A stretch of 64,000 nucleotides of DNA from Eledone cirrhosa. Taxonomy: Eukaryota. Made by a program: the position numbers and the translations under genes. Positions 30,071 through 45,321 of this stretch are shown here, piece by piece. Location of the stretch: contig OZ024741.1 of NCBI GenBank assembly GCA_964016885.1, positions 227,540,001 to 227,604,000 of the forward strand. Direction: 5' to 3'. The notes beneath the pieces were generated by a model that was not told the origin of the DNA, searched no databases, and saw only the letters and a list, made by a program, of their open reading frames with translations. Every line of letters starts with the position of its first letter. Position 1 is the first letter of the stretch.

Positions 30071-31377
30071 GAGGCATACTTGCACTATCAGCTGAGATAT
30101 GGAATGTCTCTGCAGACATCAATGTCAAATAAAACGAGAATAACGTTGATGTTAATACATTAACTGCCACTGTAACATCAAATTGTGTAGAGATGGAGTT
30201 CTTCTGCGTGACCTTAACCATGATGCCAAAGTGTAGGGACTATTCAGTGTGTCATTTCGTAACACGGTGGAGTGTGATTTGAAGATTTCCCTGCTGGTTA
30301 TATCTGCAGCTCGTTCGACCAATTAGTAGTGTTTGGCTTTAGAGGTCTTGTTGGTGCGTTTCGGAACCAAAATATATTTAAAATGTCAGTGCTTTTAGTT
30401 ATGCTGAATACAGACTGAATTGTTAATGTGAGACTAATACTTAATGTTTCTGTTTCACATCAGGTCAACGTTGATTTAGCAGGTCAATGATTAAAAGTAT
30501 TCCTGGTTCATTATTTTAGATTTTAAAATGAAACATATCATTGATATTATTCTGTAGACACACGCCTCCTCTTTTTGAAAATGCTATGGGGTTTATTTGA
30601 GTGAGATTTGGATGCTAGGCTTGTGAATTGGCAGTCATAAGAACTTCAGATTAAATGACTCGGTATTTATTACGACTCTCTTGCGTACTGAATTGAAAAC
30701 CAACTGAAGTCAACGTTGTCTTTTTTTTAGATTCTTTTGTGGGTCGATAAATAAAGTATCCGTCCAAGAGAAGTGGATTTGCAGAATTATTAAAAATCCT
30801 TCTGAAATGCATTGCAGCATTTATTCTAATCTGTGGAACCTGAATTTAAACCCCGTCTCCTGTTATCGAAAACGTCGTAACACTTTTGCCATGAGTTCAT
30901 TGCTCATGCTAGAATGAGCAAAGAAAAGACGAATGAGAACGTAGCTTTTAAAAAATCAGATCTGAATATCAGAGGGAGTCTTTTTTTCCTTTTAGCTGTG
31001 GATTTTAGCAAACTCAGCAACCTAATAAAGGTTCCCTCGTTAGCCTGCATCGTTTGTCTGTGTTCGGTGTTAATGATGATGCTGTTGTTGTGTAAACCTG
31101 TTGCAAGAGGGGTCAGCAGTGAAATAAAAAGCGTTTTCATTGAAAACAAACATAGGAATTTATTAAATCATGTGACAAGCATGACTTATGCAGAATATGT
31201 GTGAATGTAACACATTATGCGTGTGATAAAGGTGGTGTGTTAGGATGTGAGAACATAAATCCACAAAGGTGTATGTGAGCAAGTCAGTGGAAAATAATGT
31301 TCAAATCCATGAGTGTTGCAAATATTAGCTTTTAGTTACTCACATTGAAGAAATAAAAAGTCCTTGCTTTGTATAAG

Positions 31378-31979
31378 AATAATTGTTTCTACGTTTGGCA
31401 CAAGACCAGCAATTATCCCAGTGCATTAACTGGTACTTTATTTTATCGACCCCGTAAGGATGAAAGGCAAAGTTAACCTCGGCGGGATTTGAACTCGGAC
31501 CGTAAAGGGCGGTAACTCTATACTGCAAAGCATGGCGTCCGACCCTCTACCGATACTGCTAATTCACCGCCCCTGAAAGTTTATACATTTGGCACAAGGC
31601 CAGCGATTACGCCAGTACATCACTGGTACTTTATTTTATCGACACCGTAAGGATGAAAGGCAATGTTAACCTCGGCGGATTTAAACTCAGAACACAAGGG
31701 ACCATAACTCTATGTTGCAAAGCATAGTGTCTGACGCTCTACCAATACTGTCAAACCACCCGTATAAGAATAATTGTTTCTACTTTTGGCACAGGGCCAG
31801 TAATTACCAAGTACATTACTGGTACTTTATTTTATCGACCCCGTAAGGATCAAAGGCAAAGTTAATAATTGTTTCTACTTTTCGCACAAGGCCAGCAATT
31901 ACCCAGTGCATTACTGGTACTTTATTTTATCGACCCCGTAAGGATGAAAGGCAAAGTCAACCTCGGCGAAGTTAATAAT
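31378..31979 (-). mobile_element. Nested cluster of four SINE copies
   Basis: Copies at about 31381-31572, 31588-31760, 31772-31863 and 31867-31968; TSD-like GTATAAGAATAAT (31371/31762) and AAGTTAATAAT (31859/31969). Confidence 0.88.
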
Positions 31980-32558
31980 GCCATGTTGCGGCATAGGAAA
32001 TGTGTCAGCTAGTGGTGTCCTGAGTTGCTGATGGCGATAGAAGGAGCGCTGGATATGTTTTGGCAGGCAAGAAATCTAACAGCAACTGAACTGTTCGGTT
32101 TAAGTTTTCGCGCCTGACACACTTGGGCGGAAGTGAGATCACCGAGCCTTTGCGCATGTGTTCACTACAGACCCATGTCAATCACGACTGATCAGACCTA
32201 TGGCCAAAGGCATTCCAATCATGACTCTCCATAATTCACTCAGGGATTGTATAACTTGGACTACCTTATCTGATTTGAGTGCCATTTTTTTAAATGGTAG
32301 GGTGAAATTTGAGGGATATTTGACTACCGATTTTAGTAGGAGGAGTAACTACGTAGAGGCTCGCTCTGTGGCTCGTTGCTGCTGGCTGCTGTTCATCATG
32401 GTGTTGGCACAGATATTTACTCTGAAACATTTTTTATAATGGTTGTTCTCCATATTATTCTTGTTGTTATTGTTATTGTTGCTATATCTGTTGCAAGGTT
32501 TATGAAATGAAAATAATTGAATATGCGGAGAAATATAAATATAAATACATATATACCA

Positions 32559-32648
<90 letters not shown>

Positions 32649-32693
32649 GTATATATATAATATATATGTATGTATGTATATATATATCATATT

Positions 32694-32769
<76 letters not shown>

Positions 32770-32804
32770 TGTATGCGTATGTATATAATGTATATATGTG
32801 CTTG

Positions 32805-32835
<31 letters not shown>

Positions 32836-34491
32836 TATATATATATATGCAAGTACATATATACATACGCATACACACACATATATATATGTATGTTTGT
32901 GTGTGTGTGTATGTACGTGTGTGTACGTATGTGTGTGTGTATACATATACATGCATATATATATATACAAAATAGTGCAGTGCAGCGGCTGCTTGCCTGC
33001 TTCTTTGGAACATGTCCAATATCCTCATGCTGCAAGTAAATCTTCCTTTATTCTCCAATGATGAAGTAGACTAACTGCAATACAAAGTTGTCGTAGAATG
33101 GACGTGTGTATACAGTAGGACCCTAAGCGCGGTGCAGAATTGTTGCCAGTGTAAATCTTAACCCTTCCCGTTATGCCTAATTCCAGTCCACTCAGGTATA
33201 AATAGAATTAAACAAATTCCTCGATGTACACAGGTCGATATAAAAGTTGGTAGAGCTTTGGTTATACTGTAATATAATACACTGCGATGTCCCCTTACAT
33301 TTAGAGTTCGAATCTCTCAAGGGTGGATTTCGCCCATCATCATTTCAAATTATACAAGAATTTGGAGAAGCCAACGAATACGGCTATTTACGGTAACCGA
33401 ACATGTTAGAAATGGCAAGCAACTACTGAAATTATACTGAACCTTCTTTTGAAAATGTCCCATTAGAAATTGTATTTGTAGATACAACAAATATGAACAT
33501 AATACAATTAGTGGAATATATATAGACACAGATCTGTTTGTTCAGAAAATATCTGAGACTAAACAACAGGTACAGGAAGGAAATAGAGTTTTAAGCAGCT
33601 GATAGTGGTCTGTGTTCGTAAAAACAAAGATACAATGAAAATAATGGGTTTGGGTAGGCTTGTATATCGTAGAAGAATATGAAGTTTCGACAGTGTCCCT
33701 TTTGTCTAAGAGAGAAAAGAAAAAGAAATATTTTCGTATTCAGATGAAAGGTCAGCTCCAGAAATTTTATATTACCTTTCAACATACGACATAATAACTA
33801 ATATAAACATATAAACAACAACATAAGTACAGGTAATATCTCAGAATTCTATCTATCAGAAACAATGCTCCAACATGAACACAGTTTACAGGCATAGAAT
33901 AACAAGTATTAAGCTACCAATGTAAATTGTCCAAGTGTTTCGTTAGCATTTAGCTTATATTGATCTGTGTTATATCTTTGAGAATAGCGTTCTGCATCAA
34001 GCCTTCAAATACTCGTCTGCGAATGCACAGGTTTAACTGGTGCCCTTTGCAGAATTATATTATAACATCTGTGAATTTTTTCACGACCTCCAAGACTGGT
34101 TATCTACGAAGAGAAGATCTGGTCCAAAACACTTACAGCTAAAAGAACTCCACTAAAAGTACAAACGAACCAGGTGGTGGTGTTAAACAGAACTGCGGCT
34201 GTCGGCCTACGAATCGCGCATAAATGTTCAGGGTTACCTCTGGTATGATCCGTAGATGTCTAATACAGTTTTCTAGGTTCAGTTTCACTGCTACGCACAT
34301 ATTATTCTACAGTTCCATTAAGTTGACAAATACTTATCAGAAGAATTTGATAGTTGAAAATAGGGCCAGTCTGTCGTACGTATGTATGCTAAGGCACACA
34401 TACATACTACGAGCACACACACACGCACGTGCGCGCACACACATGCACGCGCGCGCACACACACATAGACATACACACACACACATACAAA

Positions 34492-34552
<61 letters not shown>

Positions 34553-34601
34553 ACATATATAGAAAAGATCGGAGGCCATATTCAGGTTTATTTAAAATTC
34601 C

Positions 34602-34660
34602 GTTGCACCTATTTCACTGAGGACTATCAGTTTTGATAGCCTGAGCTCATCAGACTGCAA
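34602..34660 (-). ncRNA. Degenerate hammerhead motif
   Basis: TTGCAGT-CTGATGA-GCTCAGGCTATCA AAAC TGATAGTCCTCAGT-GAAA-TAGG-TGCAA; stem III eroded. Confidence 0.45.
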
Positions 34661-34768
34661 AACCTAAAATAAACCTTGAAAGTTTCTAAGAAACCGTTAA
34701 GTTTGGAAAAATCCAATAATCCCCCCCCCCCCCCCCCCTCAATTTTCTTTTCGTGTCCGGTCAACCCC

Positions 34769-36036
<1,268 letters not shown>

Positions 36037-36183
36037 TTCCTGCTCTGTAAAACACCTGATGTTCTTACATTGAGCTATTTCTCTTACTGGTAATAAGGTA
36101 GTAATAAATTACTGACCTTTCCTGTTTATAGTTGTTTATAGTGTATATATAACTATAAATAGTATCAGAAACAATTATTATAT

Positions 36184-36358
36184 ATTGGCAGTATCGGTAG
36201 AGGGTTGGACGCCATGCTTTCTAGCATAGTTACGTCCCTTTACGGTCTGAGTTAAAATCCCGCCAAGGCTAACTTTGCCTTTCATCCTTACGGGGTCGAT
36301 AAAAGAAAGTACCAGTAATGTACTGGGTAATTGCTGGCCTTGTGCCAAAAGTAGAAAC

Positions 36359-36363
<5 letters not shown>
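36184..36363 (+). mobile_element. tRNA-derived SINE
   Basis: A box TGGCAGTATCGG, B box-like GAGTTAAAATCC, conserved core, end AGAAACAATTAT. Confidence 0.85.
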
Positions 36364-36418
<55 letters not shown>

Positions 36419-36538
36419 TTAGGGATACTCTTTATGGTTATGTATATAATAAAACCCTTTATGGTTATATATATTTTAAACCCTAAATAATTCATTACTA
36501 TCTTATTACCAGTAAGATAAATAGCTATTTATCTATAT

Positions 36539-37263
36539 TATAGCTCTGATTTATCCAAATTATTGAGCCCTCTGCCACACATATCGGATATTGTTTATCG
36601 TTAATTCGTGAGCTGTTTTTCCGATTCTCGATTATTCTACTATATTTAGCTCTAGACCTTAGCTATTGACCAGTTAATTTTATTGATTATTTTTTTGTCG
36701 ATCTTATTGACTGATGAATAGCTCCTGTTTATTTTAACACGTCTGTTGAGCACTCTGATTCGATATGTGATATTTTGTATTCTTACATAATTTGCACATT
36801 ACCGAAATGTTTCGCTAATATGGAGGTTATCTCCCTTGCTGGGTACCATGTGCGTTTCTGGCTAAGGGTCCTTTCTATATTATCGGACGGAACCCGTTGA
36901 GAAAGCTCTTCCGCGTCCAGTCCTTCTCTAGAAGTCTTATATATTTTTTATGTGGGCTGATAGTGAATGGATTAAGGAATTGCAGAAACCCAAGAAGCTA
37001 GATTTAACACCCTTCTAGCGGGTCCGGGTAAGTTTTTTACATTCATTTAATATATTGATTTATTGATATTTTATTTGAGTGACCCGAATCTTCCTGGTCG
37101 TTCTTTTTCGGCTGTACGGGTGATTTTAGGCATAATCTCTATGTGTTGGTAATTTAACGATGGTTATAGCTCTGATTTATCCAAATTATTGAGCCCTCTG
37201 CCACACATATCGGATATTGTTTATCGTTAATTCGTGAGCTGTTTTTCCGATTCTCGATTATTC

Positions 37264-37270
<7 letters not shown>
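36539..37270 (+). repeat. About 105-bp direct repeats bounding a 630-bp unit
   Basis: TATAGCTCTGATTTATCCAAATTATTGAGCCCTCTGCC...CGATTATTCTACTATA at 36539-36643 and 37166-37270. Confidence 0.85.
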
Positions 37271-37335
<65 letters not shown>

Positions 37336-37347
37336 ATATAGATAGAT

Positions 37348-40300
37348 AAATTTCTTTATTAGCCACAAGGGCACAACAGAAGGGGACAAATACAAATGGA
37401 GAGTTTACATACAGGTATATGAAAATAAAACAATTAATAAAATAACAAATAACAAGTGATATCCCCAATAAGGGGGGAGGTGTTACACAGGGGTTGTACA
37501 CACCCCGAAAAAATGTACAACCCTCATCTCCAGGAGCACCAAGAGTGAGTACTCCCTTCCTCTCTTCCTCTTTTTCCTCAACCTACAGGCTTATATAGAG
37601 AGAAGGCCCAACCACTCGGGCCATCTTTGCCACATTCACCCACCTTTTATAAAATTTGCTGGGGTACAGCCCCTCTCTCTCTCCATCCTGATTCTTCTTC
37701 CAAAATGATATTTGAAAAAAACGAATCAGTTGCTCGCCGGAGAGAAATGTGTCTGACCTCAGCCCTTTTAACCTCGACCACCATATAACCTCTTTCACCA
37801 TAGCCATAACACATAGGAAAACCGCCTCTCCCTCGTTTTTGAAGGAGGGTGGCGGTTTGATCATGACAATGGACTCGGTGGTCAACCGGATTGGTCCCAC
37901 CCGCAACAATAGTCGTTCTACATAGCCCCACAGGTCGGTAACTCCCGGCTAGTGTACAAATGCGTACGCGACGGTTTCCTCGTCGCGCACGCATCTCGGA
38001 CAGATCTTTTTCGAAGGATCCCTACCCGGGAGCCCGTGTCTGTAGAGATTGTCTCGAACTAGTAGAGCTCCTTGGTAGCACTGCCAGGCCAGGGACTTTT
38101 GGAAGTTGTCCATTGGTCCCAGGCGGAAGGTCCTACCGAACAGACTGGCCAGTTCGTCCTCCTCTACGCCCAGAGTTTCTCCGAGCGTGTCGTCGCACTT
38201 GCTGCAGACAAACCCTCTATAGAATGTCGAAGTGGAGTCTCCACTGATCGTCGTGTCCGTTTGCCAGAGGACTGTGAGTGCCTGAGCACATTCGATGTGC
38301 CAGTCGCCCATTTTCCTCGGTCTTTGCTTGACCCAGGACTCCAGCTCGGTCAGCGAGACGAGTCGTGGGAAGGCTCGCCTCACGAACGGGGCCCACACCG
38401 GTTGTCCGGTGAGGAATACGTGGAGGTGCCTGAGCGCGTGTTTGCGCATCGTCAGCCACGGCATCCCCAGCCCTCCGTTTGAAGGGTGTTAGCAGCAGAT
38501 GGATCTTCTCACCAAAGGAGCCCGTTTCTTCCAAAGGAATTGGAAGAGCGCGCGCTCCATTTTGGTGAGCGTTTTGGCTGGACAAGGCACGATGGTCAAA
38601 CGGTAGTAGATGACGGACGCTATAAAAGTGTTCGCCATCTCCGCTCGACCTTTCAAGGATAGTTTGCACTCGGCTCACTTCTTGGCCGTCACCTCGTTCC
38701 AGTTCTTCTCCACCTGGAGGTCCGGACCAAACCAGACCCCGAGCAGCTTTACTGGTCCTTCCGTCCAGCGTCCGACGACGCCATCGGAAGGCATCGGTTT
38801 GCCTCTCCACGTTCCGAGTTGCAAACCGACGGATTTGTCCCGGTTCAGCTTCGCTCCTGTGAACCTTTCGTATTCCTCCAGTAAGGTGCCGATCTCCCCG
38901 ATTTGCGAGGTGCTCGACATCATTACTGTCATGTTGTCGGCGTAGGCCGACGCCGCTTTTCGCAGTCCCGGTTCCAAAGGGATGCCCTGCAATAGCTCCA
39001 ATCCGCAGTAGTGGCTCAGAGAGTCATTCCGTACAGAAAGGAGGAGAGAGGGTATCCCTGTCGGATGGATCGCGTGATATGGAACGGCTCCGAGAGGTAG
39101 CCGTTCTCTTTTACCCTTGAGCAGATGTTGCTGCTGTGCATTGCAGCAATCCAGCCCCTGAACACGGGTCCGAAGCCTGCCGCCTCGAGCACCGCATCCA
39201 GGTAACGATGGTCAACCCTATCGAAAGCCTTAGACTGATCCAAGTTGATCAGGGCCCCACCGAAGCCGGGTTTACACCCCACCCTCTCTATGATGTATCG
39301 CATGAGGTGGAGGTTGTCGTGTATGGACCTGGTTGGGATTGCGCATGTCTGCGCGTCTCCCACCATGTTTTTGACGACAAGCGCCAGCCTCTTTGCCAAC
39401 ACCTTGGCCAAAATCTGTAACTCTGTTAAGCAGAGTTATGGGCCGGAAGTTGCCTATGTCATCCCCTTTGTTCTCGTCCTTCCTGACTAACGTGATTACG
39501 CCCTTGGTCACAGAACTGGGAATTCTCCCGTTCTGCTGCCAGTTGCAGTAGACTGCTTCCAGGAGTCCGGAGAATAAGTCCGGCATTGCTACGTAAAATT
39601 CGTAGGGTAGACCGTCGAGACCTGGATATTTGCGTTTGCCGCATTGGCTCAGCGCGTCACCTATCTCAGCGGCCGAAATCAGCCTTTCGCAGAACTTCGC
39701 CTCGCTGTCCGAGAGTCGCGGTAGGCCGTCGAGGTATGAACTGAAATCCATAGCCCCTCCCGGCGCGCCGCCCTACCCGAACAGTTGAGCAAAGTGCCGC
39801 TGAAAGGCCGCGCACACCTGCTTCGGCTCACGTATCACGCGTCCGTCTTAGTACTTCAAAGACCGAATCGTGGACTTGTTGCCACTTTTCGCCTCCGTCA
39901 CTCGGGCGCAGCTAACAGCTTTGGCTCCCTCGTTTCCCAGAGCACGTATTTTGTTTCTGACAACGCAGCCTTCATGCTTTGCGTCGAAGAACTGGTCCAA
40001 AGCCGTTCTCGTCGCTAGCACGCTGGCTACGTTGCCACTCCTAAGTGCCTCTTCTATTTTATCTACCAGTCCCTTTTCGGTCTTATTTCTATCTAACACT
40101 AATTGTTTACTAAAACCTATCGAGTCTAATCTAACTGCCCTCTTGAGAGAGGATCACCATCTGTTGTTGACAATGGCCCCCGTCAAGTGCTGCTTAACTA
40201 AAGTGCTAATCCGTCTACTGTAGGCTTTGCATGTCGGTAACGACAAGTTCAGCTTCCAGTAGCCGGGTCCCTGTCTATGGGTTTTGTTAAGGTTGACTAA

Positions 40301-41248
40301 GCAGGTCACTAATTTATGATCTGAATAGGCAACCACGGACATTTGTGGACAGCTTAACATGTCCCTATCCTTCTTTTTAACTAGAACCCTATCTAGATAT
40401 TCCGCTAAGATTAGTCCACGTCCACAGTGGCACAGTCAGAAAATCTAGTCGATATCTATCGACCAGGTCAAATCGGCCGATTAACTGTTTGAGGCTGTTA
40501 CACCCTCCTCTATCGGGACATGCTTCCACATAGTCCCAACGTGCATCTAGGATTCCATTCCAGTCCCCCACTAACAGCAGGGAGCGATACGTTCCCAGAA
40601 AAGTCTCTAGACGTTTGAAGAAGTCTGGCCGCGGTGACCCGGATGGGGCATATGTGGCCACCAGCCTGAAGCTCCACCTTCACTACCGTGAACGTCTAGG
40701 ACCACCAGTCGACCCTCCGCGTCTAGATGTACCGTCTGTGTTACGAGGTCCAGGTGTTTCCGCAGCAAAACGGCAACCCCACCCCCACCTCCCGGCTGAC
40801 AGAGAGATGCGTAGATCTCAAAGTCGTCGAAGATGGGGGCCAGTTGTCGCTCGCTGTGGATCCTGGACTCGCAAATGGCTGCTACATCCATACTGTACGA
40901 CCTGAGGTCGTTTAAGAGTTTGCCCTGTTTCCAGGGCATCCCCAGGCCGCGCACATTCACACATCCAACTCTTATATTGGCCATGTTGGTGCTGAAAAGC
41001 TAAAAGAAGAGGAGAAGAAATCACTCACCTCTTCGTCTCCTGGGGACCAGGCTGCACAATTTCCATGGGGGTGTTGGAGGAGTTGTTTGGTGGGGTGGTG
41101 GTCTCTGGTGGGGTGGGGACGGAGATGGTTGGTGGGGAGGGGGTGTCAGGTGGGGTGGGGAGTCTGGGGTGGGAGTGTCTGGAGTGGGGGTGGGGAAACA
41201 TTTAAAAAGGACGCGGTTATAGGGTTTGACGCAGGGGTTACCTACGTC
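37348..41248 (-). mobile_element. Tx1/L1-clade LINE lacking ORF1, inserted in (GATA)n
   Basis: Complete but decayed ORF2 plus 3'UTR; GATA repeats at both junctions (37338-37347 and 41249-41265). Confidence 0.9.
37583..40984 (-). pseudogene. Tx1 ORF2 (APE endonuclease, RT, zf-RVT), frameshifted
   Basis: CVNVRGL, ICESR, YAPS, VGDWN, YSDHK, GPGYWKLN, PGLDGLPYEFY, NFRPITLLN, LDQSKAFDRVDH, IRQGYPLS, YADN, CPRC...ETVAYAFVH. Confidence 0.93.
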
Positions 41249-41357
41249 TAGATAGATAGATAGATATAGATATTGTTATATGTGTTGCCAATAAAAACAC
41301 GCACCTGCTGATTTTCACTTCAATTCATTATAAATTTCCGGAAGGTTGTTTATATAT

Positions 41358-41403
41358 ATTGTCTAAGCCCTTTCGTCACACATTCTGTGACCTCCTCAGT
41401 GAC
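41358..41403 (-). ncRNA. Hammerhead, family A
   Basis: GTCA-CTGAGGA-GGTCACAGAATGTGTGAC-GAAA-GGGC-TT-AGAC. Confidence 0.65.
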
Positions 41404-41770
41404 TACGTTTTTATTTTGTGTGTCTCTCCCTTGTTCTGTCCTACACCATCTTGTTTTTATTGGCAGCATTACCCTCCTAATGATAAACAATATGTTTAAC
41501 ACACGTTTTCAGATAAGAAATCTCGCAAAACAAATTCAAAAACGAATTATATATAGATTGATAGATAGATATAGATATACATGTATATATCTATATATAT
41601 AATTCGATAAGTTGATAAAACAACAGTAAGGCGTTCAGATATTTATTTAAAGCTCCGATCAGGTTTAGTTTATATCTATAGTTTAGTTTAAGATCTTTCC
41701 CAGCGGTAAATCCCGTGGTGTACTTCCGATTATCTTCGATTTATATCACAGATCATAGATCAATATAGAA

Positions 41771-42199
41771 ATAAGTCACCAAGTTCTACCATTAATACAT
41801 TATTTATTTCACCTACACGTGTTTCATACCATTTAGATATTACTCACAATTTACTTATAAAGAAATCTTCAGCATTAACTATATATATAACATATTGCAA
41901 GTGTTTAATTGCCGATCGATGTATTCCTCAACCACATGCTTTCGCCGTAAATCGTAAATAAAGTTTTTTTCTAAGGTAATGGAATCGAATTTTAGAATTG
42001 CCAGAATTATTTAATGGATACTGTAAGTGATATCAAATATTATTTAACGGATATTGTGAGTAATATCAAATAGTATTTAACGGATATTGTGAGTAATATC
42101 AAATAGTATTTAACGGATGTTGTGTGTAATATCAAAAAGGAATGAAACACGTGTAGATCAAATAAATAATTTATTAACTGTTGAACTTGGTGACTTATC
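41771..42199. repeat. About 60-bp inverted repeat enclosing a 4 x 33-bp tandem array
   Basis: Arms 41771-41830 and 42139-42199 (include GAAACACGTGTA); ATTTAACGGATATTGTGAGTAATATCAAATAGT x4 at about 42009-42140. Confidence 0.7.
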
Positions 42200-42205
42200 T
42201 CTTTG

Positions 42206-42271
<66 letters not shown>

Positions 42272-43900
42272 ATAATACCATTGAAAACATTCCAGAAAAA
42301 TCATTTTTTAGACCAAGGATACAGGACCCACGACACCCGGTGGCACAAACCGATATTGAAAAACCGAAAATAATCAACCTTTCAAATACAAACCTCTCAG
42401 CCCAACAAGTAAAAATTCTCTCCAAAGGACTGAAATTCACACCAACACCACAATACTCTAACCTCAATGAGATAAATGACGATATCTCACACTTCTGTAG
42501 AAAATTACGTCTCACAGAGGAATTCTTTGACAAGGAGAATAACGACCAATCAATTGTACGGAATAAAAGCAGCTACAACCCAACAAAAGGTAGAAACAGA
42601 GTTCTGGACAAATTTTGTGACCACATAGCTACTTTCCCATACCATGAACTACCGCAACCTAAACCCAAACCCAACACGAGTCGAAGGGAATGGGAGATTA
42701 TCCATGAACTATAAAACAATACGGACATTATAATTAAGGAAGCGGACAAGGGAAGTACTGTTGTCATTATGGAGGCTGAAAAATATAAAAATTCTATGTT
42801 ATCTCTCTTACAAAATACTAATTACTATGAAAGAGTAAAAAACTACCAACAATCAAAAACAATGACCAGATTAAACACACTGATTTATGGATACCAGGAA
42901 GACCTAACTAAAAAGGAACGTGATTATTTAATACATTTTGAATACAAAACCAGCAACCTTTACGGACTTCCGAAGATCCACAAGTGTAAAATAATTAACG
43001 ATGCCTGTACACACAATACCACACAGACCTTAAATTAAGACCAATTGTAGCGGGCCCACAATGTGAACCACACAGACTGAGCAACTTTATAGACATACTA
43101 CTAAAACCAATTCTCAAACACATACCAAGCCTTGTAAGAGACGATCTGGACCTCTTAAACCACCTCCCCAAACATGTCAACAACGACACTATTATTGTGT
43201 CTTTCGATGTAATGAATCTCTACACAACGATCCCACACCAATACGGATTAGAAGCAATAGGATTCTGGCTAGAGAAACATCCCAATGAGATATCTGGCAG
43301 AATAGAAAAAAGCTTCATCACCAAGGGATTAAAATTTATCTTACAGAACAACTTTTTGATTTCGATGGCAGTACTTACAAGCAAGTATCGGGGACTGCGA
43401 TGGGTACAAAAGCCGCTCCAACCTATGTCAACTTAGTCATGGCATACTTAGATTTCCAGATATATGAACAGTCCAAATCAAAATACGGATTGAACTTCCA
43501 CAAATATTTATCAGAGAATTGGAAACGCTACTTGGATGATTGTCTCATTCTTTGGTCCCACACACTCGACCAACTGAATGATTTCAAAAACTTAATAAAC
43601 GGCATCAATAACCATATCCATTTCATAATGGAATACAGCGAAGATCAACTCCCATTTCTGGACATCTTAATCTTTAAAAAAGACACAAATATTGAAACTA
43701 ACATACACTACAAACCAACAGATTCCAAACAATACCTGCTATTCACCTCCACCCATCCAAAGCACACGAAGATGAACATTCATTTTAACCTAGCAAGAAG
43801 AATTTGCACAATTGTCTCCAATTATGAAACGCGAAATAAAAGACTTCAAGAATTAAAGGAAATTCTACTCGAAAGACAGTACCCACCATTACTAATAAAT

Positions 43901-44083
43901 AATTGTTTCTACTTTTGGCACAAGGCCAGCAATTACCCAGTGTATTACTGGTACTTTATTTTATCGACCCCGTAAGGATGAAAGGCAAAGTTAACCTCGG
44001 CGGGATTTTAACTCAGAATGGAAAGGGACGTAACTCTTTGCGTCAAAGCATGGCGTCTGACTCTCTACCGATACTGCCAATGC
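43901..44083 (-). mobile_element. SINE inserted in the PLE ORF with a TSD
   Basis: CACCATTACTAATAAATAAT at 43884-43903 and 44083-44102; removing the insert restores YPPLLINNGIEKA. Confidence 0.92.
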
Positions 44084-44990
44084 ACCATTACTAATAAATA
44101 ATGGAATAGAAAAGGCTAAAGCAATAGGCATTGATGAATTACGAAAACAGAAACAAATTCAAGGTACGTCCAATATTCTATCATATATCTCAACACACAA
44201 CCCAAGAAATGCGGAAGCTTACAACACTATTCACAAGAACATCCCACTACTGAAACAAAACCCAAGAATGAAAAAAGCCCTTGAAACACAAAATAATCGA
44301 AAGCAAAAGAAAACCGAAATCACTGAAAACATTACTCACCAATGCCAAATTACCCACCACAAACCCACAACCAACTGTCAAAAAATGTGGTCGCTGTAAT
44401 TGTGGAACCTGCACTCACCTCATTGAAGGAAACACGTATACATTTAAATCAGGACCAAATTTTGCTGTAAAAAATCACTTCTCTTGCTCATCAAAAAATC
44501 TACTTTATGCCATTAAATGTGAAGGATGCAATGAAGATTATATCGGACAAACTAAACTCAAACTCAGAAACAGAATGACAGTTCATCGCCAACAATGACG
44601 AGATCCAACCACGAGACAGATACCACTAAGCGCACATCTAGACATATGCGCAAGTAATAAGACACCCAAATTCCAAGTCTTCCCATTTTACCTTTGCGCT
44701 GACAATACAACAGAACAAATACGAATAAGGAAAATATGTTTATTCAAAAATATAGACCAGCATTAAATATGGTTTAATATACATTATGTCAACACCATAA
44801 CATGCTAACCATCCAAACAGACACATACACACACACATAACACCTTCTACTTTAGAAAATAAAAACCCGAATTAAATAAACCTTAACATACGTTTGCGCT
44901 GTCAATACAGCAGAACAAATACGAATAAGTAAGGAAAATATGTTCATTCAAAAATATTCCTACTAACGGAATCATTTTCCTACACACACA

Positions 44991-45034
<44 letters not shown>

Positions 45035-45260
45035 ATATATATATATTCTCTTCATCTTAACATGGTAAGCATACTCCCACACACACATAACACCCATACA
45101 CACACATAACACCCCCCCCCCACACACACACACAACTCCCTCCCCCATTTCTACTAATAGAATCACTTTAATACACACATATACACACACAAAATATATA
45201 CATTCTCTCCATCTTAACATACTCCCCCACACACACACACACACACACACACATAACACC

Positions 45261-45321
<61 letters not shown>

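Noticed and set aside
30914-31204. 96-aa ORF with a hydrophobic stretch
   Set aside because: No recognisable domain, and the length is compatible with chance
36184-36270. tRNA-like A and B boxes (also at 31480-31570 and 60555)
   Set aside because: SINE heads that continue into SINE bodies; no intact cloverleaf
42009-42140. Regularly spaced 33-bp repeats resembling a CRISPR array
   Set aside because: Units are contiguous with no unique spacers, there are no cas genes and the context is eukaryotic; this is a minisatellite
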